A DNA stretch of 64,000 nt, taken from the NCBI GenBank assembly GCA_964486815.1, contig CAZAOO010000004.1:75371-139370 (forward strand), given 5' to 3'. Each line of letters starts with the position of its first letter. Position 1 is the stretch's first letter. Made by a program: the position numbers and the translations under genes. The notes below the pieces were generated by a model. The model saw only the letters and a list, made by a program, of their open reading frames with translations. It was not told the origin of the DNA and did not search any database. Shown here piece after piece: positions 11,405 to 21,187 of the stretch. This DNA is from an uncultured Thiotrichales bacterium. Lineage in GTDB: Bacteria > Pseudomonadota > Gammaproteobacteria > UBA4575.

Positions 11405-12583
11405 TTAATTTAACTCACTTTCAAAGTATTGCATACGATCCAAGCTTTTATCAGAACCAAGATCAACGAGATAAGGGTCGGGCTTAACTGGTGCATAAGT
11501 TTCAGCAACAATTTGAAACTTACCTTGATCATCAACTCGACCAATTTTAGGCCACAAATAGGTATGATGATTATCGGGATCAATTTGTATAGTCCCTTCT
11601 GGTGCATCAAAAATGGTCCCAAGTGTCGCAGTACGCACAATATCCGTATCAATTGTGCCTACACGGCGCAATACATCTGCAAAAAGATTAACTTGAAAAT
11701 AAGCGGCTTCGGCACATGCATTGGTGCATTCTGATGCTCCAAACATGGCTTTATAACTGTTTACAAATAGTAAATTAGCAGGAGTATCTACAGTTTCAAA
11801 ATAAGGCGCTGCTGTAATATGTCCTGCGCCAACTTCATGGCCCATAGCAGTTACTTCTGCCTCACTAGTGGTTAGACTTGCTATAGGCATTTGTCTTGGC
11901 TGCAAACCTGCACGCCAGTAACTTTTATAAAATTTACTTGTTGCAGCTCCAACTATCGTACTGAATATCACATTCGGACGTTTTTCTAGAATATCGACCA
12001 ATATAGGATCAATATCTTTATAATTTGCATCCAGTGGAAGATATTTTTCTGCAACTACCTTCCCTCCTGTAGATTGCAAAATATCTTTCATAATTCGATT
12101 TGATTCATAAGGATAAATATAATTAGATCCGACAAAATAAAAACGATTACCATATTGACTGAGCAAATAACGCGCTAAGAACATACTGTTTTGATTGGGT
12201 GTCGCGCCGGTATAGATAACATTTTTTGAATATTCAAACCCTTCGTACAATGTTGGGTACCATAATAATCCGTTATAGTCTTCCACGATCGGGATAACTG
12301 CCTTGCGAGCACTTGACATATAACATCCAAAAATTATTTTCGCAGAGTCTTTTGTAATTAAACGTTTAGCTAGTTGTCGAAATTTCTCTGGGTTGGATTC
12401 CGGGTCATAAACTATTGGCTCGATACGCCTACCATTCACACCTCCACGAGTATTTATTTCTCGAATGGCAAGCAAAGTTGCATTTAATTGCGTCTTCTCA
12501 ATAACTGATGTAGCACCAGTTTTAGAAAATAAAACACCTACTTTCCATGACAACTTGATCATTAGTCTGCCTTTAAGTAACAC
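11405..12583 (-). CDS. amiC: Amide-binding negative regulator/sensor, cytoplasmic type-I periplasmic-binding-protein fold (AmiC-like)
   Basis: 392 aa with no signal peptide. Strings shared with AmiC as recalled: FGCYMSSARKAV.P, YPT.YEGFEYS.N..Y.G..PNQNS, FVGS.YIYP.ESN, PIASLTTSEAEV, APYF...DTPA. It is coupled to amiR by a 3-nt spacing. Confidence 0.85.
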   Translation of the reverse strand: MLLKGRLMIKLSWKVGVLFSKTGATSVIEKTQLNATLLAIREINTRGGVNGRRIEPIVYDPESNPEKFRQLAKRLITKDSAKIIFGCYMSSARKAVIPIVEDYNGLLWYPTLYEGFEYSKNVIYTGATPNQNSMFLARYLLSQYGNRFYFVGSNYIYPYESNRIMKDILQSTGGKVVAEKYLPLDANYKDIDPILVDILEKRPNVIFSTIVGAATSKFYKSYWRAGLQPRQMPIASLTTSEAEVTAMGHEVGAGHITAAPYFETVDTPANLLFVNSYKAMFGASECTNACAEAAYFQVNLFADVLRRVGTIDTDIVRTATLGTIFDAPEGTIQIDPDNHHTYLWPKIGRVDDQGKFQIVAETYAPVKPDPYLVDLGSDKSLDRMQYFESELN

Positions 12584-12726
12584 TCTGCTAAAATTTTAAA
12601 GCATTAGTGATACACTTGTTAATAAATTTTATTAATTCAAGTGATAAAGATTATTCAATAGCTATATATTAATTAGATTGAAACTATCATTGCCTAATTA
12701 CATTAATAAAAAATATATATCCTAAA

Positions 12727-13575
12727 GTGGTAAATTTTTTCAAGCTTACAATGTCTGGCATCGCCCAGGTCATTGTTCAACACTGCCCACTATCAGGATT
12801 GATTATCTTAGCAAGTATTGGTATTCACTCGTGGAAAATGGCACTAGGTGCTTTATTTGGCGCATTTATTGGTACTGCGACTGCAAATATTCTCAACTTC
12901 AACAGGAAAGATATAACCTTAGGCATCTATGGTTATAACGCTACATTAATAGGAATTGCAAATATCTACTTTTTCCAAACTGCAACTATGTCAGTAATCG
13001 TATTTATCTTGAGCTGTATAGCATCCGTATTTATAACCCAATGGATCCCAAAATATCTAAAACTACCAGCATTTACTGCACCTTTTGTTTTTATCACCTG
13101 GGTCATCATTCTCTTTGCGGATGTAATAAAATTAAAACCATCAAATGACATTCTTAATTTCGCGGACAACATTCATACAGCTGGTCTTGGAGAAGCGGTA
13201 GGTCAGGTATATATACAGGGAAACGGAATCACTGGCGCAATAATGTTATTAGCTATTTTGCTTTGCTCAAAATCTAGTTTCATATGGGCTTTAGTTGCAA
13301 CAACATTAACATGGCTATTGGCACAATCACTAAATTACCCTGATACTAATATTCAAAATGGTCTTTATGGTTTCAGCGCTGTTTTAACCGCTATCGCTTT
13401 ACAAAATATGAAGCCGATCATATTTCCATTGACCGGTATCGTATTAACTGTTTTTGTTATGCATACTTTCATACTATCGGGTTGGCCATCATTAACCGCA
13501 CCTTTTGTGCTTATATCATGGGTGATTACGATTGTTTACCAAAATTATGAAAAAATCTTTAACAAATCCACATGA
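12727..13575 (+). CDS. UT-family urea channel/transporter
   Basis: ~10-TM protein with two internally homologous halves, each carrying the UT signature (GIYGYNATLIGIA / NGLYGFSAVLTAIA and LPAFTAPFVFITW / LTAPFVLISW). The start is uncertain: GTG at 12727 or ATG at 12751. Confidence 0.65.
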   Translation: MVNFFKLTMSGIAQVIVQHCPLSGLIILASIGIHSWKMALGALFGAFIGTATANILNFNRKDITLGIYGYNATLIGIANIYFFQTATMSVIVFILSCIASVFITQWIPKYLKLPAFTAPFVFITWVIILFADVIKLKPSNDILNFADNIHTAGLGEAVGQVYIQGNGITGAIMLLAILLCSKSSFIWALVATTLTWLLAQSLNYPDTNIQNGLYGFSAVLTAIALQNMKPIIFPLTGIVLTVFVMHTFILSGWPSLTAPFVLISWVITIVYQNYEKIFNKST

Positions 13576-14242
13576 AAAATTAACTATAGGATTTGATGTA
13601 TACGGAACTTTAGTTGATCCATTTGATATTAGTGTCAATTTACAGAAACTAATTGGCAAGAAAGCAGAACCATTCGCTGAAATTTGGAGACAAAAGCAAC
13701 TCGAATACACCTTCCGCCGTGGATTAATGAACCGATATGAAAATTTTGATATTTGTGTTCAACAAGCTATGCAGTATACAATTGAATATCTAAACGTAAG
13801 CCTTACAAGCAACGAGAAAAACTGTCTTCTTGATTTGTATTCAAATCTTAAAGCATTCCCAGATTCTGTATCTGCATTAGAACTACTAAAAAAAAGCAAC
13901 CATACTTTAGTAGCATTTTCGAATGGAGTGAAATCAACACTACAAACATTATTATCTAATGCAGGTTTAATCGACCATATCTCAGAAATAATAAGCGTAG
14001 ATGAATTGCAAACTTTCAAGCCAAACCCAAAAGTATATGAACTACTTGCTACAAAAACGAATTCAGAACCAACTAACTGCTGGATTATATCTAGTAATTC
14101 CTTTGATGTTATTGGAGGCAAATCTGCAGGCTTAAGTACTGCATGGATACAACGCGACTCGAGTAACGTTTTAGACCCTTGGGGGTACACGCCTGATATA
14201 ACTATAAAAAATTTGATTGAGTTTGCAGCATTTGTGCAGTAA
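13547..14242 (+). CDS. HAD-superfamily hydrolase, type II haloacid dehalogenase-like
   Basis: N-terminal motif FDVYGTLVD (DxYGT nucleophile motif) and a downstream S/T-K-D/D pattern. The ATG at 13547 is preferred over the TTG at 13532. It overlaps the urea channel gene by ~29 nt. Confidence 0.65.
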   Translation: MKKSLTNPHEKLTIGFDVYGTLVDPFDISVNLQKLIGKKAEPFAEIWRQKQLEYTFRRGLMNRYENFDICVQQAMQYTIEYLNVSLTSNEKNCLLDLYSNLKAFPDSVSALELLKKSNHTLVAFSNGVKSTLQTLLSNAGLIDHISEIISVDELQTFKPNPKVYELLATKTNSEPTNCWIISSNSFDVIGGKSAGLSTAWIQRDSSNVLDPWGYTPDITIKNLIEFAAFVQ

Positions 14243-14315
14243 CTTGTTACTACGATTTAATACTATTACGTACACAATAACTGCTTAATTCAATACACAT
14301 AATTATTATTATCCC

Positions 14316-14981
14316 ATGCCAAAACAAACAATTAAAAAGAAGCCTATTAGTCGTTCAAAACAAAAACGAACTTCAAAGTCTAAATCTGATTCATCAACCA
14401 CCACATCTTTCAAAATTGAAAATCATATTGGCAATGTAATACGAGAGCAAAGAAACTCTAATCATTTAACAATTAATGAAGTTTCTGATTTAGCAGGAAT
14501 TAGCGCAGGTATGTTAAGCCGTATTGAACGAGGAGATGTTTCTGCAAGCCTTGACACATTAGAAAAACTAGCAACAGCTTTAGGTATGCCAATATCTTTA
14601 TTTTTCAGAGACTATGATGTTCCAGAAGGCAGCGCGCAGTTAGTAAAAAAAGGCAAAGGCATGCAAGTAGTACGAAGAGGAACTAAAAATGGGCATAGCT
14701 ACCAATTGCTTGCCTATGAACAAGGCCCATCTAAATCATTCGAACCATTCTTGATTACTATGGATGATGCAAGTGAAGTGTTTCCTAGTTTTCAACATCA
14801 AGGAACCGAATTTATCTACATTCTCAAAGGTAAAATAGAATATCGCCATGGTAGTAATACTTATATTTTACTGCCTGGTGATTCTTTGATGTTTTCAGGT
14901 GAAGTCCCGCATGGGCCAGAAAAACTTATTAAAGTACCCATTGAAATGCTTGCAATAATTAATTACGCCACAGCAAGCTAA
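14316..14981 (+). CDS. XRE-family HTH plus cupin domain transcriptional regulator
   Basis: HTH_3 motif LTINEVSDLAGISAGMLSRIERG, a lysine-rich N-terminal tail and a C-terminal cupin domain (GTEFIYILKGKIEY...LPGDSLMF). It sits directly upstream of the mgs operon. Confidence 0.7.
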   Translation: MPKQTIKKKPISRSKQKRTSKSKSDSSTTTSFKIENHIGNVIREQRNSNHLTINEVSDLAGISAGMLSRIERGDVSASLDTLEKLATALGMPISLFFRDYDVPEGSAQLVKKGKGMQVVRRGTKNGHSYQLLAYEQGPSKSFEPFLITMDDASEVFPSFQHQGTEFIYILKGKIEYRHGSNTYILLPGDSLMFSGEVPHGPEKLIKVPIEMLAIINYATAS

Positions 14982-15174
14982 GTAAATACACCACACTACA
15001 TCTTTATTGCTGCAAACGACCACTAAAATTTAGTGCAGATTTTCTTAATTATCAGATAGATAATTATCTTTTTTAATTTTATATTTAACTATCTACCGAC
15101 TTCTCAATATTTTATTGACAGTAAACTTATTTTACGTATAGTAATATTTTACTAGTTCGGGAATATTCACAAAA

Positions 15175-16071
15175 ATGTGCGGAATCGTAGGTCTATTTGC
15201 AAAATCCAAACACATCGAGGCTGAACTAGGTACCTATCTAGCGCAAATGCTAGATGAAATGTGTGAGCGCGGGCCTGATAGTGCAGGTATTGCTATATAT
15301 AGAAACCCAACCGACAAAAATCATACCAAGATTACACTTCTGAGCATAAACCTAGAATATGACTGGAATGCAGTAGCACATGATTTAGAACAGCATTATG
15401 AAGGTAAAGTTGAATTCGAAGTTAGAGGAAATCAGGCAACTTACGTTGTACCTGGTAAGAAAGATGGTATTAATACTTGGCTAAGCAGCCATCACCCTGA
15501 ACTTACATTAACCAGTTCAGGAAGTGTAATTGAAATTTATAAGGCTAAAGGCCGACCATCTCATATCATTAATCGATTTAATGTTAAAGAGCTTACGGGA
15601 ACCCATGCATTAGGGCATACACGTATGGCAACAGAAAGCGCGGTCACAACTAATCATTCCCATCCTTTTTCTACTGGTGAAGATTTATGTCTAGTGCATA
15701 ACGGCTCATTATCAAACCACAACCGTTTACGCAGAACATTACAAAAAGAAGGAATTGTATTTCATACAGATAATGACAGCGAAGTAGCTGCAGGTTATCT
15801 CGCATACCGATTACAACAAGGCGACAGCTTAGATCAAGCACTTGAAGCTGCAATTGAAGACTTAGACGGTTTTTATACGTTTGCAGTAGGAACTAAAGAT
15901 GGATTTGCAGTAATGCGGGATCCAGTAGCTTGCAAACCTGCGATCATTGCCGAAACTGATGACTGGGTTGCCATGGCATCTGAGTATCGTGCTATCGCTG
16001 TACTACCTGGTGCAAAAACTTCAAATTGTTGGGAACCTGAACCCGCAAAAATCTATAGCTGGAAACATTAA
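15175..16071 (+). CDS. mgsA: N-methylglutamate synthase subunit A (class-II glutamine amidotransferase domain, GOGAT N-domain homologue)
   Basis: MCGIVGL N-terminal nucleophile Cys2, Ntn amidotransferase fold. It is followed by the GXGXG and FMN-domain genes. Confidence 0.75.
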   Translation: MCGIVGLFAKSKHIEAELGTYLAQMLDEMCERGPDSAGIAIYRNPTDKNHTKITLLSINLEYDWNAVAHDLEQHYEGKVEFEVRGNQATYVVPGKKDGINTWLSSHHPELTLTSSGSVIEIYKAKGRPSHIINRFNVKELTGTHALGHTRMATESAVTTNHSHPFSTGEDLCLVHNGSLSNHNRLRRTLQKEGIVFHTDNDSEVAAGYLAYRLQQGDSLDQALEAAIEDLDGFYTFAVGTKDGFAVMRDPVACKPAIIAETDDWVAMASEYRAIAVLPGAKTSNCWEPEPAKIYSWKH

Positions 16072-16093
16072 ATAAACATAACGTAAATAAAAA

Positions 16094-16780
16094 ATGACTG
16101 ATTTTGATTTAAGCCAGACAGAACTACGCGAATTAAATTCAGCGTTACATAATTCTGAACTCACAAGCAACCAAACTAACTGGAAAGTTACCAATACCAA
16201 TGGAGCCCATGCTATAGCGGTAGGAATTGATGCTTCATTACATATATTAGTAGATGGACACGTTGGATATTACTGCGCAGGCATGAACAAACTAGCTACG
16301 GTAACTATAAATGGACACTGTGGTCCTGGTGTTGCAGAAAATATGATGTCGGGAATTGTTTGGGTTAAAGGTAATGCCTCTCAGTACGCGGGGGCTACAG
16401 CACATGGTGGATTACTTGTTATCGAGGGTAATGCTAGTTCACGTTGTGGAATTTCTATGAAAGGCGTAGACATTGTTGTTAAAGGTAATGTCGGTCATAT
16501 GAGTGCATTTATGGCACAAACAGGTCGTTTAGTTGTCTGTGGTGATGCAGGAGATGCGCTTGGTGATTCATTATATGAAGCTAGGATATATATACGCGGT
16601 AAAGTTGCCAGCTTAGGCGCAGACTGTATTGAAAAACCCATGCAAGCAGAACACCAGAAAGAACTAAAAGAATTACTTTCTCGCGCAAATTTAAGCGAAT
16701 TCAATGTGAATGAATTTCGCCGTTATGGATCTGCACGAAATTTATATAATTTTAATATTGATAACGTAGAGGCTTACTAA
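16094..16780 (+). CDS. mgsB: N-methylglutamate synthase subunit B (GXGXG domain, GOGAT C-terminal domain homologue)
   Basis: Repetitive beta-helix GXGXG motifs (GNASQYAGATAHGGLLVIEGNASSRCGISMKGVDIVVKGNVGH). Confidence 0.75.
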   Translation: MTDFDLSQTELRELNSALHNSELTSNQTNWKVTNTNGAHAIAVGIDASLHILVDGHVGYYCAGMNKLATVTINGHCGPGVAENMMSGIVWVKGNASQYAGATAHGGLLVIEGNASSRCGISMKGVDIVVKGNVGHMSAFMAQTGRLVVCGDAGDALGDSLYEARIYIRGKVASLGADCIEKPMQAEHQKELKELLSRANLSEFNVNEFRRYGSARNLYNFNIDNVEAY

Positions 16781-16793
16781 AAGAACCTTATCT

Positions 16794-18125
16794 ATGTCAC
16801 AACAAAACGATAATAACTCGTGGCTTAAGGAATCTGCCACCTTCCCTCGCCATGTAATCGCAGAAATTCAACGTGCCGCAAACACAGGGCTTTATGATAT
16901 TCGGGGTTATGGGGCAAAGCGTCATGTACCTTCGTTTGATGATTTACTATTTCTAGGCGCAAGCATGTCGCGTTACCCTCTTGAAGGCTATCGGGAAAAA
17001 TGTGATACAAATGTTACGATCGGTACGCGTTTTGCCAAAAAACCCATTGAGTTAAAAATTCCAATTACTATTGCAGGCATGAGCTTTGGTGCATTATCTG
17101 CTCCCGCAAAAGAAGCATTAGGCCGTGGTGCAGATGCAGTAGGAACTAGCACTACTACAGGTGATGGTGGCATGACACCAGAAGAACGAGGTCATTCATC
17201 TAAACTCGTTTATCAACTACTACCTTCTCGCTATGGTATGAATCCAGATGATCTACGCAAAGCTGATGCTATTGAAATAGTTGTGGGTCAAGGTGCTAAA
17301 CCTGGCGGTGGCGGTATGTTGTTAGGACAAAAAATTAGTAAACGCGTAGCAGCTATGCGTAATTTGCCACAAGGAATAGATCAACGTAGCGCATGCCGAC
17401 ATCCTGACTGGACTGGTCCGGATGACTTGGAAATTAAAATATTAGAATTGCGTGAAATTACTGATTGGCAAAAACCCATTTATATAAAAATTGGTGCCTC
17501 GCGCACGTACTTTGACACCATGCTGGCTGTTAAAGCGGGTGCCGATGCTATTGTTTTAGATGGCATGCAAGGTGGTACCGCAGCAACCCAAGATGTATTT
17601 ATTGAACATGTGGGCATTCCTATCTTACCTGCAGTGAGATTAGCCGTCGATGCACTTGAAGAAATGGATATGCATAGGAAAGTACAATTGATTGTCTCTG
17701 GTGGAATACGCAGCGGTGCAGATGTTGCTAAAGCATTAGCACTTGGAGCGGATGCAGTATCTATAGGCGTTGCGGCTCTAATTGCTTTAGGTGACAACAG
17801 CCCTGACCTCGAAGAGGAATATCGGAAACTTGGCACCTCTGCTGGTTACTATGATGACTACCAAGACGGCAAAGACCCCGCTGGTATCACCACGCAAAAT
17901 GAAGAACTCGCAAAACGTTTTGACCCGGTTCAAGGCGGTCGAAAGTTAGCTAACTATTTAAGAGTGCTCACCTTAGAAGCGCAAACTCTTGCGCGCGCTT
18001 GCGGCAAGAGCCATGTACATAACCTTGAACCCGAAGATATGGTAGCACTAACTCTTGAGGCTGCTGCAATGGCAAGAGTACCCTTAGCAGGCACAAGCTG
18101 GATTCCAGGCAACAATAATTTTTAA
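16794..18125 (+). CDS. mgsC: N-methylglutamate synthase subunit C (glutamate synthase FMN-binding domain homologue)
   Basis: GltS FMN-domain hallmarks: IAGMSFGALS, QGAKPGGGG, DG.QGGTAA, SGGIRSGADVAKALALGAD. Confidence 0.8.
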   Translation: MSQQNDNNSWLKESATFPRHVIAEIQRAANTGLYDIRGYGAKRHVPSFDDLLFLGASMSRYPLEGYREKCDTNVTIGTRFAKKPIELKIPITIAGMSFGALSAPAKEALGRGADAVGTSTTTGDGGMTPEERGHSSKLVYQLLPSRYGMNPDDLRKADAIEIVVGQGAKPGGGGMLLGQKISKRVAAMRNLPQGIDQRSACRHPDWTGPDDLEIKILELREITDWQKPIYIKIGASRTYFDTMLAVKAGADAIVLDGMQGGTAATQDVFIEHVGIPILPAVRLAVDALEEMDMHRKVQLIVSGGIRSGADVAKALALGADAVSIGVAALIALGDNSPDLEEEYRKLGTSAGYYDDYQDGKDPAGITTQNEELAKRFDPVQGGRKLANYLRVLTLEAQTLARACGKSHVHNLEPEDMVALTLEAAAMARVPLAGTSWIPGNNNF

Positions 18126-18210
18126 AAAACTCAACATTACAAAGAATCGTTAAAAATTAAAATTTTTTCTAAATAATATTTATACTAATTAACATAGAGA
18201 AAGAATCACT

Positions 18211-19518
18211 ATGACAAAAGATTTAGCTCAAATAGCAAAAACAAAAGGCATTAAATATTTTCTTATAAGTTTTGTAGATCTCTTTGGTGTACTTCGTGCA
18301 AAACTAGTGCCAATGCGTGCAATCAAAGGCATGCAAAAAGATGGTGCTGGTTTTGCAGGCTTTGCTGCATGGTTAGATTTAAGTCCTGCAGACTCAGATA
18401 TGTTTGGAGTTCCTGATCCAGACAGCCTTATTCAGCTACCTTGGAATCCTGAAATTGGCTGGTTAGCTGCAGATTTATGGATGGATGGAAAAGAAGTTGA
18501 GGCTTCACCGCGTGTCGCATTAAAAAAGCAAATCGCAAAAGCACAAAAAAAAGGCTTCCGTGTGAAAACCGGTGTCGAATGTGAATACTTTTTATTAAAC
18601 CAAGATGGTACTGAGCTATTCGATACTTATGATACACAGACTAAACCTTGTTATGACCAACTAGCATTGATGCGCCGTTACCCACTTGTGAAAGAGATAT
18701 GCGATTGCATGTTAGAGCTAGGATGGGGGCCATATCAAAATGACCATGAAGACGCCAATGGTCAGTTTGAAATGAATTGGGATTATAACGATGTATTACT
18801 TACTGCAGACAGGCATGTATTTTTTAAATATATGACCAAAACCATTGCAGAAAAACATGGCATGCGCGCAACTTTTATGCCGAAACCATTTTCAAATTTA
18901 ACTGGTAATGGATGCCATTCGCATATTTCCATTTGGGATAAAACTGGCAAGAAGAATTTATTCATAAGTAAAACAGATGAACTAGGATTATCCAAACTTG
19001 CCTATCATTTTCTCGGCGGGGTACTGGAGCATGCAACCTCAATGTGTGCAATCCTAAATCCAACGGTTAATAGCTATAAAAGAATCAATGCTCCACGCAC
19101 CACATCTGGCGCCACCTGGTCTCCAAGTTCTATCACCTATACTGGCAATAACCGTACTCACATGATTCGAGTTCCCGATGATGGGCGCTTTGAATTACGT
19201 TTGATGGATGGTGCAACCAACCCTTACCTATCACAAGCCGCCATCATCGCGGCAGGTCTGGAAGGAGTTCAAAACAAACGTGATCCGGGTGAGCCAAGCC
19301 ATATAAATATGTATGAAGAAGGCCACACAATTAAAAACGCAAAGAAACTACCTTCTAATCTTTTGGATGCTTTGCGATTGTTAGAAAAAAATAAGATATT
19401 AAAACAAGAACTAGGGTCTGATCTTGTTGATGCTTACGTGAAGTTAAAAATGATTGAATGGCATCAATTCACAAGCCACCTTAGCCAGTGGGAAAGACAA
19501 AACACACTTGACTGTTAA
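18211..19518 (+). CDS. gmaS: Gamma-glutamylmethylamide synthetase (glutamine synthetase-family, lacking the adenylylation loop)
   Basis: 435 aa GS-like catalytic domain (GVECEYFLL, NGCHSHISIW, NSYKRI). It is sandwiched between the mgs and mgd genes, as in known methylamine NMG-pathway clusters. Confidence 0.75.
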   Translation: MTKDLAQIAKTKGIKYFLISFVDLFGVLRAKLVPMRAIKGMQKDGAGFAGFAAWLDLSPADSDMFGVPDPDSLIQLPWNPEIGWLAADLWMDGKEVEASPRVALKKQIAKAQKKGFRVKTGVECEYFLLNQDGTELFDTYDTQTKPCYDQLALMRRYPLVKEICDCMLELGWGPYQNDHEDANGQFEMNWDYNDVLLTADRHVFFKYMTKTIAEKHGMRATFMPKPFSNLTGNGCHSHISIWDKTGKKNLFISKTDELGLSKLAYHFLGGVLEHATSMCAILNPTVNSYKRINAPRTTSGATWSPSSITYTGNNRTHMIRVPDDGRFELRLMDGATNPYLSQAAIIAAGLEGVQNKRDPGEPSHINMYEEGHTIKNAKKLPSNLLDALRLLEKNKILKQELGSDLVDAYVKLKMIEWHQFTSHLSQWERQNTLDC

Positions 19519-19610
19519 AATTAATAATAAAATGTACTTTACAACTATTTCTATAATAAAACTTATTTCAGTAATATTGTGTCTTTTACCAAAGTGATTT
19601 GTAAATAAAG

Positions 19611-20852
19611 ATGCCCCTTGGGCTATTAAAATATGGCTTTAGTAAAGCCCATCCTGTTGAGCGGCATTTCAAAAAACCCGCCTCGCTTAAGTCTAGCTAT
19701 GATATTGTAATTGTAGGAGGCGGTGGGCATGGTCTTGCTACTGCATACTATCTTGCCAAGCAATACGGCATCACCAATGTCGCAGTTTTAGAAAAAGGAT
19801 ATCTTGCAGGTGGTAATACTGCTCGAAATACTGCAATTATTCGATCCAATTATTTAACTCCTGATGGCGTTCGTTTTTACGATGAATCTGTAAAACTATT
19901 CCAAAATTTAAGCAATGAGCTTGATTACAATATCCTTTACTCAGAAAGAGGCCATCTAACCTTAGCGCATACAGATGCTGCAATGCGTACTTCGCGTTGG
20001 CGCGCGGAAGTGAACAAACATCTTGGTGTTAATTCTGAAGTCGTTTATCCAGATGAGCTTGCAAAACTATGCCCACATTTGAACTTAAGCCAAAATGTTC
20101 GTTTCCCAATAATGGGTGCGTTATATCATCCACCAGGAGCTATCGCTAGGCATGATGCTGTAGCCTGGGGTTATGCACGTGGCGCATCTGACCGCGGTGT
20201 AGAAATTCACACGCACACTGAAGTTACTGGTTTTGATATTGAAAATGATCGTGTCGTTGGTGTCAAAACAAATCGTGGTGATATTCGCTGCGGTAAAGCA
20301 CTACAAGCAGTAGCCGGGTTGAGTTCAGATGTTTCTAAACTTGCAGGATTTAAACTACCAATTAAATCAATACCCTTGCAAGCTTGTGTCACTGAACCTG
20401 TAAAACCTTTTTTAAATATAATTGTTGTATCTGGCTCACTGCATGTTTATGTATCACAATCATCACGTGGTGAACTTGTGATGGGTGCTTCCAGTGACCC
20501 TTACCCACTTTACTCAACACGCTCAACTTTAGAATTTAAAGAAGAACTAATGATGCATTTGCTAGAACTTTTCCCTTTTGTTGGAAAATTAAAAATATTG
20601 CGTCAATGGGCAGGAATTACTGATATGACCCCAGACTTTAGCCCGGTAATGGGTTTCACTCCAATACAAAACTACTTTATTGATGCTGGCTGGGGTACCT
20701 GGGGATTTAAAGCAACGCCCGTCTGTGGTAAGCGTATGGCTGAAACTTTAGCTACCGACAGACTCCCCGACATACTTAAACCATTTGAGCTAGAACGTTT
20801 TTATCGATTCGAGCAAGTCGGTGAGCGTGGTGCAGCTTCTGTTGGACATTAA
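19611..20852 (+). CDS. mgdA: N-methylglutamate dehydrogenase subunit A (SoxB-like FAD oxidoreductase)
   Basis: Dinucleotide-binding motif VIVGGGGHGLATAYYLA and homology to the heterotetrameric sarcosine oxidase beta subunit. Confidence 0.75.
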   Translation: MPLGLLKYGFSKAHPVERHFKKPASLKSSYDIVIVGGGGHGLATAYYLAKQYGITNVAVLEKGYLAGGNTARNTAIIRSNYLTPDGVRFYDESVKLFQNLSNELDYNILYSERGHLTLAHTDAAMRTSRWRAEVNKHLGVNSEVVYPDELAKLCPHLNLSQNVRFPIMGALYHPPGAIARHDAVAWGYARGASDRGVEIHTHTEVTGFDIENDRVVGVKTNRGDIRCGKALQAVAGLSSDVSKLAGFKLPIKSIPLQACVTEPVKPFLNIIVVSGSLHVYVSQSSRGELVMGASSDPYPLYSTRSTLEFKEELMMHLLELFPFVGKLKILRQWAGITDMTPDFSPVMGFTPIQNYFIDAGWGTWGFKATPVCGKRMAETLATDRLPDILKPFELERFYRFEQVGERGAASVGH

Positions 20853-20876
20853 TATCTACTTGATAGACATGAAACA

Positions 20877-21164
20877 ATGAAATTAATGCCCTGCCCTGTA
20901 AATGGATTGCGTAACATCTCTGAATTTATTTGTGGAGGCGAACTTATAAATATGCCTGATCCAACTTCTGGTAGCGACCATGATTGGGCAGAATATCTAT
21001 TCATTGAAAACAATACTAAAGGCTTTGTAAGTGAATGGTGGATGCATGTGCCTACATCTTATTGGTTTATTGCTGAACGTAATACTGAGACAGAAGAAAT
21101 AATTAAAACTTACCCTGCTAACAAACTATTTAAACAACGAATAGATTTTAAAGAGAGCAAATAA
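20877..21164 (+). CDS. mgdB: N-methylglutamate dehydrogenase subunit B (SoxD-like delta subunit)
   Basis: 95 aa with the CPxxG...EF.Y.G pattern of the sarcosine oxidase delta subunit (MPCPVNGLRNISEFICGGE). Confidence 0.7.
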   Translation: MKLMPCPVNGLRNISEFICGGELINMPDPTSGSDHDWAEYLFIENNTKGFVSEWWMHVPTSYWFIAERNTETEEIIKTYPANKLFKQRIDFKESK

Positions 21165-21187
21165 GAAATTTCTCTAGCTATTAAGAT